This document shows, piece after piece, positions 55,271 through 64,000 of a stretch of DNA of 64,000 nucleotides. Source of the DNA: Candidatus Nealsonbacteria bacterium (GTDB taxonomy: Bacteria > Patescibacteriota > Minisyncoccia > Minisyncoccales > PWPS01); assembly GCA_003555075.1 (NCBI GenBank), contig PWHW01000002.1, forward strand, positions 14,856 to 78,855. Reading direction: 5' to 3'. Every line of letters begins with the position of its first letter. The first letter of the stretch is position 1. The translations under genes were made by a program, and so were the position numbers. The notes below the pieces were generated by a model that saw only the letters and a list, made by a program, of their open reading frames with translations, was not told the DNA's origin and ran no database searches.

Positions 55271-55344
55271 GTCAGGGTAGCTCAGTTGGTTAGAGCGAGG
55301 GACTCATAAGCCCTAGGCCGTGGGTTCGAATCCCACCCCTGACA
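55271..55344 (+). tRNA. tRNA with CAU anticodon (elongator Met or lysidine-modified Ile2)
   Basis: Acceptor GTCAGGG/CCCTGAC, D-arm GCTCAGTTGGTTAGAGC, anticodon loop CUCAUAA, T-arm GTGGGTTCGAATCCCAC. Confidence 0.85.
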
Positions 55345-55376
55345 CATTGTTCATTTCAAGAATGATAAAGCAACAT

Positions 55377-55452
55377 GCGGCCGTAGCTTAGTCCGGCTTA
55401 AAGCGCCTCCCTGTCACGGAGGAGATCGTGGGTTCGAATCCCATCGGCCGCG
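55377..55452 (+). tRNA. tRNA-Asp (anticodon GUC)
   Basis: Acceptor GCGGCCG/CGGCCGC, anticodon arm CCTCC-CTGTCAC-GGAGG, T-arm GTGGGTTCGAATCCCAT. Confidence 0.88.
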
Positions 55453-55457
55453 CCCTC

Positions 55458-55489
55458 GAAACCTCTTTTATCAAGGGGTTTCTTTTTTT
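55458..55489 (+). terminator. Intrinsic terminator after the tRNA operon
   Basis: GAAACCTCTT / AAGGGGTTTC stem followed by TTTTTTT. Confidence 0.75.
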
Positions 55490-55497
55490 AAATAAGT

Positions 55498-55526
55498 TTG
55501 ATTTTATTGCGTTTTTGAGCTAGAAT
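55498..55526 (+). promoter_or_regulatory. Candidate promoter for pheST (TTGATT-17 nt-TAGAAT)
   Basis: -35 at 55498-55503 and -10 at 55521-55526. Confidence 0.5.
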
Positions 55527-55598
55527 TAACGTACAGTTTCCTTTTGGTATTTCACATTCTTATAGGAGGAATGTTTCCGTAAAAGGGTATTAGATTAA

Positions 55599-56636
55599 AT
55601 GGTAAAAAGAATGAAATCGGAAGATATAGACCAACTAAAGGATCGTTTCTTGAAGGAGGTCAAAAAAGAAAATAGTTCTAAAGAAAGGAAAAAGATCTGC
55701 AAAAGATATATAGAGGAGGAATTATCCTCTGTTTTTTGTTCTTTGAAGAATTTGTCCGGGGAAAGAAAAGCCGAGATCGGAAAAAAGGCCAATGAATTAA
55801 GAAAACTTATCTCTGACCTTTTGGAGAACGAAAAAGAAAAAGTTTTTCAAGCAGAAAAAGAATTTGATATAACTCTTCCCGGAAAAAACGTGGAACTGGG
55901 GAGTATTCACCCCATCACTAAGCTTCAAAAAAAATGCGAGAGAATTTTTCTTCGTATGGGCTTTGCCATTGCCGAGGGTCCGGAGCTTGAGAATGAATGG
56001 TATAACTTTGATGCTTTGAATTTTGAAGAGGACCATCCTGTAAGAGAGATGCAGGATACGCTTTTTGTAAAGCAAAAGAACAGAGAAGAACTTCCTTCTC
56101 AGGAACGGTTTTTAATGAGGACTCATACTTCTCCGGTACAAGTGCGATACATGAAAGACAGAGAGCCTCCTTTCAGGATTATTGTTCCGGGAAGAGTATT
56201 TAGAAACGAAGCTACCGACAGCTCTCATGAGATAAACTTTTATCAATTGGAAGGGCTTATGGTAGGCGAGAATATATCAGTGGCCAATTTTAGATCTGTT
56301 GTCGGTTATTTTTTCAAAGAACTCTTTGATGCTGATGTGGGTATACGCTTAAGACCATCCTTTTTTCCTTTCACGGAACCTTCTTTTGAAGTGGATGTCA
56401 GCTGCTCTATTTGTGAAAAGAAAGGTTGTTCGGTATGCAAAAAGACGGGTTGGATCGAGGTGATGGGAGCGGGAATGGTTCATCCCAACGTTCTAAGGAG
56501 TGCGGATGTCGACCCTTCTTATTTTAATGGATTCGCTTTCGGCCTTGGAATTGACAGAATAGCAATGATCAAGCACAAGATAGATGACATAAGGCTTTTT
56601 TATAGTGGTGACCTGAGATTCTTAAGGCAATTTTAA
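55599..56636 (+). CDS. pheS: Phenylalanyl-tRNA synthetase alpha subunit
   Basis: Motif 2 FRNEATDSSHEINFYQLEG, motif 3 GFAFGLGIDRIAM, and a CSIC..C..C zinc knuckle. Confidence 0.95.
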   Translation: MVKRMKSEDIDQLKDRFLKEVKKENSSKERKKICKRYIEEELSSVFCSLKNLSGERKAEIGKKANELRKLISDLLENEKEKVFQAEKEFDITLPGKNVELGSIHPITKLQKKCERIFLRMGFAIAEGPELENEWYNFDALNFEEDHPVREMQDTLFVKQKNREELPSQERFLMRTHTSPVQVRYMKDREPPFRIIVPGRVFRNEATDSSHEINFYQLEGLMVGENISVANFRSVVGYFFKELFDADVGIRLRPSFFPFTEPSFEVDVSCSICEKKGCSVCKKTGWIEVMGAGMVHPNVLRSADVDPSYFNGFAFGLGIDRIAMIKHKIDDIRLFYSGDLRFLRQF

Positions 56637-56647
56637 GGAAAAAAAGC

Positions 56648-58651
56648 ATGAAATTATCTTACGACTTCATACAATCTTTTTTTAAGGAAAAACTTCCTCC
56701 TCCCGACCAACTTGCGGACCTTCTGATGATGCACTTCTTTGAAGTGGAGGAGATTCAGAGAACAAGAGATGATTTTGTTTTGGATGTAGATATTCTTTCC
56801 AGTAGAGCAAGTGATTGCCTCTCTCATATGGGTGTTGCAAGGGAGATAGCTGCTATTGCGGAAATGAAGTACAGTCTTCCCGAAAGGAGAGTGAAGGAAG
56901 GAAGAGAAGAGATATTCGGAAAGGTTGATGTGGAAGTGAAGGATGATTGTCATCGATATATGCTTCGTGGAATTGAAGGTGTGAAGGTGGGAGAGTCACC
57001 TTCTTATATAAAAAAGAGACTTAGGTCTTGTGGCGTTAAACCTATAAATAATGTGGTTGATATAACCAATTACGTAATGCTTGAAACAGGCCAGCCTCTT
57101 CATGGCTTTGATGCCGCTAAGATAGAAGGGGAAAAGGTGGTTGTTAGACGTGCAAAGAAAAGAGAAAAGATCGTTACTCTTGATGAAAAAAGATATGAAC
57201 TTGATGAAGATGTTCTTGTGATTGCAGATGAGTTTTCTCCGATAGGAATTGCCGGCATAAAAGGGGGTATTGTTCCGGAGATTGATAAAAGTACTGAAAC
57301 TGTCTATTTAGAAGCGGCCAACTTTGATTCAAAGTCAATAAGAAAGGGTTCTCGAAGTGTTGGAATAAGAACCGATGCTTCCTTGAGGTTTGAATATGGA
57401 ATTCCTTGTGAGCTTGCAGAGGTAGCCATGGAAAGAGCTGTCGCAATGATTTGTGATATAGCCAAAGGAAAGGCTTTGAAAGGAGTGATTGATTATTATC
57501 CCGAAAAAACAAGAAGGCCGGAAATAAGTTTTGAGGCGGAAGAGGTGAGAAATATATTGGGGGTCGAGGTTCCTTTAAAGAACATGGAAAAGATACTGAG
57601 AAGTTTGGAATTTAAAGTGCAAAGAAATAATAATGCTTTTTATGTTATTCCTCCGTACTTTCGATTGGACATAAAAGAAAAAGAGGATGTAGTGGAGGAA
57701 ATCGGAAGGACCTATGGTTATGAGAACATCAAAGAGGATCCTCCAAGGGAAATTATAGTTCCTCGTGAAAGGGCTGGAGAATTTCTTGCCGAGGAAGATT
57801 CAAAGAGGTCATGGGAAGCTCTTGGATTTTTTGAAAGCTACAACTATTCTTTTATAAATGAGAAAATGTCTTTTCCTTTTAATAGAAAGGAGTTGATAGA
57901 AATGGAAAAACCCGTCAGCTTGGAATTCAAGTATTTGAGACCGTCCCTTTTACCGGGTCTTTTGAGAAATCTGAGGGACAACGAAATGAATTTCAAGGAA
58001 GTAAAGTTGTTTGAAATAGGAAAAGTATTTCGAAAGAAAGAAGAGGAGGTTTCGGAAAGAAAGATGATGGCACTTCTTTCTTCGGCTGATGATTTTCATG
58101 AAATGAAAGGGAAATTGAATAAATTCTTTGAAAGAATTCTTATCGATGAAGTTTCTTACAATGAATGTGAGGATAAAGGAGGATTGTTTAACGAGCATCA
58201 TGTGGCAAAGGTACTTTATGGGGGTGAGGTGATTGGCTGCTTCGGAGAGATATCCGAAGATATCAGAAAAAGATTGAAGCTAAAGAGCAATGCAATGATG
58301 GGAGAGTTTGATTTTGAGAAGGTGCAGGAGCTGCATAAGGAAACAAAAGAGTACGATCCCGTGTCAAGATTTCCTTCTTCCAGAAGAGATATAGCTTTAC
58401 TTGTTCCGCAAGAAACACTTTATGATGAAGTTTTGCAAAAGATAAGAAAGGCAGGAGGTAAGACCTTGCGCAATATAGAACTTTTTGATGTTTACAAAGG
58501 AAAAGAGATTCCCGAAGGGATGAAGAACTTTGCTTTTCGTTTATACTTCCAGCATAAAGGGAAAACCCTTACCTCAAAAGAGGTCAACAGGATGTACGAG
58601 AAAATAATAGCGGTTTTGGAGGAGGTTTCTGATTGGAAAGTGAGGAAATAA
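56648..58651 (+). CDS. pheT: Phenylalanyl-tRNA synthetase beta subunit, short form (667 aa)
   Basis: B3/4 (DITNYVMLETGQPLHGFD), B5 and FDX-ACB-like C-terminus. The N-terminal OB-fold tRNA-binding domain appears absent. Confidence 0.92.
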   Translation: MKLSYDFIQSFFKEKLPPPDQLADLLMMHFFEVEEIQRTRDDFVLDVDILSSRASDCLSHMGVAREIAAIAEMKYSLPERRVKEGREEIFGKVDVEVKDDCHRYMLRGIEGVKVGESPSYIKKRLRSCGVKPINNVVDITNYVMLETGQPLHGFDAAKIEGEKVVVRRAKKREKIVTLDEKRYELDEDVLVIADEFSPIGIAGIKGGIVPEIDKSTETVYLEAANFDSKSIRKGSRSVGIRTDASLRFEYGIPCELAEVAMERAVAMICDIAKGKALKGVIDYYPEKTRRPEISFEAEEVRNILGVEVPLKNMEKILRSLEFKVQRNNNAFYVIPPYFRLDIKEKEDVVEEIGRTYGYENIKEDPPREIIVPRERAGEFLAEEDSKRSWEALGFFESYNYSFINEKMSFPFNRKELIEMEKPVSLEFKYLRPSLLPGLLRNLRDNEMNFKEVKLFEIGKVFRKKEEEVSERKMMALLSSADDFHEMKGKLNKFFERILIDEVSYNECEDKGGLFNEHHVAKVLYGGEVIGCFGEISEDIRKRLKLKSNAMMGEFDFEKVQELHKETKEYDPVSRFPSSRRDIALLVPQETLYDEVLQKIRKAGGKTLRNIELFDVYKGKEIPEGMKNFAFRLYFQHKGKTLTSKEVNRMYEKIIAVLEEVSDWKVRK

Positions 58652-58730
58652 CCTCAATGTTCCAAATCTCAAAGAGTTGAGTCTGTTTTTATTGTGCGTA
58701 TCAAAAGCTTTAAAAAGAAATTAAAAATAA

Positions 58731-60653
<1,923 letters not shown>

Positions 60654-60667
60654 GAAGAAAAATGAAA

Positions 60668-60696
60668 TTGACAAAAGGGGGTTTTTCTCATATAAT
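60668..60696 (+). promoter_or_regulatory. Perfect consensus sigma-70 promoter (TTGACA-17 nt-TATAAT) for secE-nusG-rplK
   Basis: -35 at 60668-60673 and -10 at 60691-60696. Confidence 0.65.
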
Positions 60697-60728
60697 TACG
60701 CAGTATTTGCCAAGTTTTGAAGAGAAAT

Positions 60729-60908
60729 ATGAACAAAATAACTAAATTTTTAAGAGAAGTGAAACAAGAGGTAAGAAAAGTCACTTGGTTGTCAAGGGCG
60801 GAAACTTTGCGTTACTCTTTAATGGTAGTTGTTGCCTCCTTTTTGGTGGCTGCTTATCTTGGAGGAATAGATTATTTAGTAACAAACCTTCTTGATAGGT
60901 TTATTTAA
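60729..60908 (+). CDS. secE: Preprotein translocase subunit SecE
   Basis: FLREVKQEVRKVTWLSRAE followed by one TM helix. Lies immediately upstream of nusG. Confidence 0.88.
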   Translation: MNKITKFLREVKQEVRKVTWLSRAETLRYSLMVVVASFLVAAYLGGIDYLVTNLLDRFI

Positions 60909-60916
60909 GAAATAAA

Positions 60917-61462
60917 ATGGGAAGACAAGAAGCTACACAAGAAAAGAAGTGGTATGTCATTCATACTTATTCGGGGTATGAGGAGGCGGTTGCAAAGAAC
61001 TTGAAGCAAAGAATAGAATCTTTTGGAATGGAAGACAGGATTTTTGAAGTTATAGTTCCCAAAGAAAAAAAGATCAGAATAAAGGATGGAAAAAGAAAAG
61101 AGGTAGAAGAAAAGCTTTATCCGGGATATGTGCTTGTTCAAATGATAGTTACTGATGACTCTTGGTATGTGGTAAGGAATACGCCCAATGTTAGCGGATT
61201 TGTGGGGGCCGGGGTTACTCCTGTGCCGCTTTCCGAGGAAGAGGTAGATAATTTAATGAAGAGAATAAAACAGGAAGTTCCTCATTATAAAATAAATGTT
61301 GAAGAAGGTGATACGGTAAAGATAACCGATGGACCGTTCAAGGATTTTGACGGAAAGGTTTCTGAGGTTGATAAAGAAAGAGGAAAGGTTAAAGTGCTCG
61401 TGAACATGTTTGGAAGGGACACCTCCGTGGAATTGGATTCGTTACAGATAAAGAAATTATAA
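60917..61462 (+). CDS. nusG: Transcription termination/antitermination factor NusG
   Basis: KKWYVIHTYSGYE, PGYVLV, and KOW motif GDTVKITDGPFKDFDGKV. Confidence 0.95.
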   Translation: MGRQEATQEKKWYVIHTYSGYEEAVAKNLKQRIESFGMEDRIFEVIVPKEKKIRIKDGKRKEVEEKLYPGYVLVQMIVTDDSWYVVRNTPNVSGFVGAGVTPVPLSEEEVDNLMKRIKQEVPHYKINVEEGDTVKITDGPFKDFDGKVSEVDKERGKVKVLVNMFGRDTSVELDSLQIKKL

Positions 61463-61527
61463 AAGAAGAGGATTACAAAAAGTAAAAGTGAAAAATTCGA
61501 GGAAAAATAAGAATTTTTGATCAAGTT

Positions 61528-61956
61528 ATGGCGAATAAGAACGTAAAAGCTGTTGTAAAACTACAAATAGAGGCAGGAAAAGCAACTCCTGCTCCTCCGA
61601 TCGGACCCGCTTTGGCACAATACGGGATCAATATGGGTCAGTTTTGCACGGATTTCAACAATAGAACTCAGGACAGAATGGGATCTACAGTTCCTGTCGA
61701 AATAACAGTTTATGAGGGTGGAAAGTATGAATTCATACTTAAAGAACCTCCTTCTTCCGAGCTTATCCTTAAGGAGATCGGAATAGAGAAAGGTTCGGGA
61801 AGCCCCAAGAAGAAAAAGGCTGGAAAGATAACTAAAGAGCAATTAAGGAAGGTTGCGGAGAAAAAAATGGCAGATCTTAACACTGACGACACGGAGGCGG
61901 CGATGCGTATTCTTGAAGGCACTGCAAGAAGTATGGGAGTAGAGGGGGTGGAATAG
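61528..61956 (+). CDS. rplK: 50S ribosomal protein L11
   Basis: [31 protein letters not shown]. Confidence 0.96.
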   Translation: MANKNVKAVVKLQIEAGKATPAPPIGPALAQYGINMGQFCTDFNNRTQDRMGSTVPVEITVYEGGKYEFILKEPPSSELILKEIGIEKGSGSPKKKKAGKITKEQLRKVAEKKMADLNTDDTEAAMRILEGTARSMGVEGVE

Positions 61957-61996
61957 ATAATTGATATTTAATTTTTATTGACTGTATTTTATTTTC

Positions 61997-62500
61997 ATGC
62001 GTCCTCCTAAGGATCGTTACTACTTGAATATATCCAAAGAAGTTGCCGAAAGGTCAACTTGTTTTAGGAACAAAGGAGGCGCAATAATTGTGAGGGGTGA
62101 TCAAATAGTGGCTACCGGCTACATAGGTGCTCCTCGAAAAACAAAGGATTGCCTTGAAAGAGGCAATTGTTTGCGTGATAAGATGGATATTCCTCATGGG
62201 AAGAATTATGAGATATGCCGCAGTGTTCATTGCGAGCAAAATTGCATAATAAATGCGGCCAGAGCGGGCGTTAGTTTGTACGGGGGCGATATCTATATTT
62301 ATCTCGAAAGAAGGAACGGGGAAAGAATAAACTCTTTTCCCTGTTTTATTTGTAAAAAAATGATCATTAATGCCGGAATAAAAAGGGCGATATGTTCTAC
62401 CAAGGAAGGAGAGATGAGGATCTTTGATGTCGAAGAATGGACAAAGGATTGGCAGGAAAGAGATATTTTAGATGATAAAGATCAATACGGCGAGAAATGA
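61997..62500 (+). CDS. dCMP deaminase (ComEB-type cytidine/deoxycytidylate deaminase)
   Basis: Zinc motifs HCEQNCI and PCFICKKMIINAGI. Confidence 0.88.
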   Translation: MRPPKDRYYLNISKEVAERSTCFRNKGGAIIVRGDQIVATGYIGAPRKTKDCLERGNCLRDKMDIPHGKNYEICRSVHCEQNCIINAARAGVSLYGGDIYIYLERRNGERINSFPCFICKKMIINAGIKRAICSTKEGEMRIFDVEEWTKDWQERDILDDKDQYGEK

Positions 62501-63060
62501 AAAAAGAATTGATAGGCATCATCGGAGAAAATGGTTCCGGAAAAGATACTTTTTGTGAGTTTCTCAGAGAAAGTCTTTCTTCGGAAAGAGTGGAGTTTTT
62601 AAAATTTTCCGATCCTTTAACGGAGGTTCTGCACATTTTTTTTGACAAAGTAAGTAGAGAGGATCAGCAGTGGCTGGTGAATAATTTGAGAGAACGATTT
62701 GGAAAAGACATTCTAACAAAGGCAATAGAGAAAAAAATCAAGCAATCCAAAAAGGAAATTTGTGTTTTGAATGGAATAAGAGTATTTGACGATTATCTTT
62801 TTTTAAAAGAAAAAGAGGGTTATCTCATATATGTGACTGCAAGCAAGGAAAGGAGATGGGAGAGGCTTAATAAAAGGGGGGAGAAAAGAGATGACAGGGC
62901 AAGCTTTGAGGAATTCTTAAAGAAAGAAGATAATCCCACCGAAAGAGATATTCCTGAAATAGGAAAATATGCCGATTTTGTTGTTGATAACAATAGTGGT
63001 CTTGGTAATTTAAAAGAGCAAGCCTTAGAAGTAATAAAGAAAATAAATGAAAAAGGGTAA
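62497..63060 (+). CDS. P-loop nucleotide kinase family protein (putative dNMP kinase)
   Basis: Walker A GENGSGKDT, about 187 aa. ATGA-coupled between the dCMP deaminase and tmk. Confidence 0.6.
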   Translation: MKKELIGIIGENGSGKDTFCEFLRESLSSERVEFLKFSDPLTEVLHIFFDKVSREDQQWLVNNLRERFGKDILTKAIEKKIKQSKKEICVLNGIRVFDDYLFLKEKEGYLIYVTASKERRWERLNKRGEKRDDRASFEEFLKKEDNPTERDIPEIGKYADFVVDNNSGLGNLKEQALEVIKKINEKG

Positions 63061-63691
63061 GTTTATAGTCGTAGAAGGGCTCGATGGGTCCGGGAAGGCT
63101 ACCCAAGTGAATCTTCTCGTGGAAGTACTAAGGGGTAGAGGTGAAGAAGTGGAGGTCATTGACTTTCCTCAATATGAAAAAAAGTCTTCGGGGTTGATTG
63201 AGGAATATTTATCCGGTAAATATGGGAGTGCAAAAGAGGTGGGGCCCAAGATAGCCTCTATTTTTTATGCTTGTGACAGATACGATGCTTCTTTCAAGAT
63301 AAAAAAATGGCTTGAAGACGGAAAACTTGTTATAGCGGATCGTTATGTGAGTTCTAATGCGGGCCATCAAGGGGGGAAGATAAAAAAGGAGTCTGAGAGA
63401 AGGGAATTCTTGGAATGGCTTTATGATTTGGAATATGGGCTTTTTGGCTTGCCAAGACCTGATAAGATAATTTTTTTAAAGACCACTCCCGAATTTTCCA
63501 TAAAAGCGATCAAGGAAAAGAAAGGAAAAGACATTCACGAAAAGGATAAGGAGCACCTCAAAGGAGCTTATGAGGTTTACAATTATTTGGCAAAGAACGA
63601 GAAGAACTTTGAGACAGTGGAAGTGTCTAGGGACGGGGAATTTCTTTCTCCCGAGGCAATAAATGAAAGGATACTAAAATTAATTTCTTAA
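63047..63691 (+). CDS. tmk: Thymidylate kinase
   Basis: GKFIVVEGLDGSGKATQ and DRY motifs. Confidence 0.93.
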   Translation: MKKGKFIVVEGLDGSGKATQVNLLVEVLRGRGEEVEVIDFPQYEKKSSGLIEEYLSGKYGSAKEVGPKIASIFYACDRYDASFKIKKWLEDGKLVIADRYVSSNAGHQGGKIKKESERREFLEWLYDLEYGLFGLPRPDKIIFLKTTPEFSIKAIKEKKGKDIHEKDKEHLKGAYEVYNYLAKNEKNFETVEVSRDGEFLSPEAINERILKLIS

Positions 63692-63694
63692 ATC

Positions 63695-64000
63695 ATGAAG
63701 CAATACTTGGCAGCACTTGATCATATTATGAGGAATGGAGATGACAGAGATGATAGAACGGGAGTAGGCACCAAAGCGGTATTTGGAATGCAAATGAGAT
63801 ATGATCTTCAAAAAGGTTTTCCTGCGGTGACCACCAAAAAATTGGCCTTTAAAATGGTCAAAGCGGAGTTGCTGTGGTTCATAAAAGGGACGAGAGACAT
63901 AAAAGAATTACAAAGAATGGGATGTCATATCTGGGATGCCAACATCAATGCTGAATATTGGAAAAAGAAGGCCCAGTTTGAGGGTGATGCGGGAAGGATT
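63695..64000 (+). CDS. thyA: Thymidylate synthase ThyA, N-terminal part (3' end off-window)
   Basis: MKQYLAALDHIMRNGDDRDDRTGVGTKAVFGMQMRYDLQKGFPAVTTKKL. The frame is open to the window end and is not in the ORF track. Confidence 0.93.
   Translation, partial: MKQYLAALDHIMRNGDDRDDRTGVGTKAVFGMQMRYDLQKGFPAVTTKKLAFKMVKAELLWFIKGTRDIKELQRMGCHIWDANINAEYWKKKAQFEGDAGRI

Noticed and set aside
55571-55582. Three-codon Phe-containing mini-ORF (ATG TTT CCG TAA) upstream of pheS, reminiscent of pheM leader-peptide attenuation
   Set aside because: The AGGAGG lies only 1 nt from the ATG, too close for initiation. There is a single Phe codon and no terminator/antiterminator pair. Probably coincidental.

Overview
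AT-rich, gene-dense bacterial window read with the standard code (TGA is used as a stop). It is almost entirely core housekeeping genes. The layout looks like a reduced genome of the Candidate Phyla Radiation (Parcubacteria-like); that placement is inference from gene content. From left to right: glyA (5' end off-window) and folD; a translationally coupled Fe-S / tRNA-thiolation block (Rrf2 regulator, cysteine desulfurase, IscU, MnmA, DUF1858 CxxC protein, ThiI, mini-MGMT); a stand-alone ComEC-type MBL protein; a LOG protein plus a divergent Zn-lid adenylate kinase paralog; a promoter-to-terminator structured sRNA candidate; ybaB; a four-gene operon built around an orphan membrane-anchored TraD/VirD4-like ATPase with extreme Glu/Lys-rich partners. 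Then comes the str/S10/spc/alpha ribosomal supercluster (rpsL to rplQ, plus rplM-rpsI). It has no L30 gene, and five unrelated genes sit between map and infA. The rest is murA, two mreB paralogs, holB, frr, rseP, proS, gatCA, a three-tRNA operon, pheST, gyrB, secE-nusG-rplK (no L1 gene follows) and a dTMP-synthesis cluster ending in thyA (3' end off-window). I found five tRNAs and no rRNA, CRISPR array, transposase or integrase. The best candidates for something undescribed are the T4CP-like ATPase operon (10.9-15.9 kb) and the rod-shaped sRNA at 10.27-10.44 kb. All calls come from reading motifs in the translations and sequence by eye; no database search was run.
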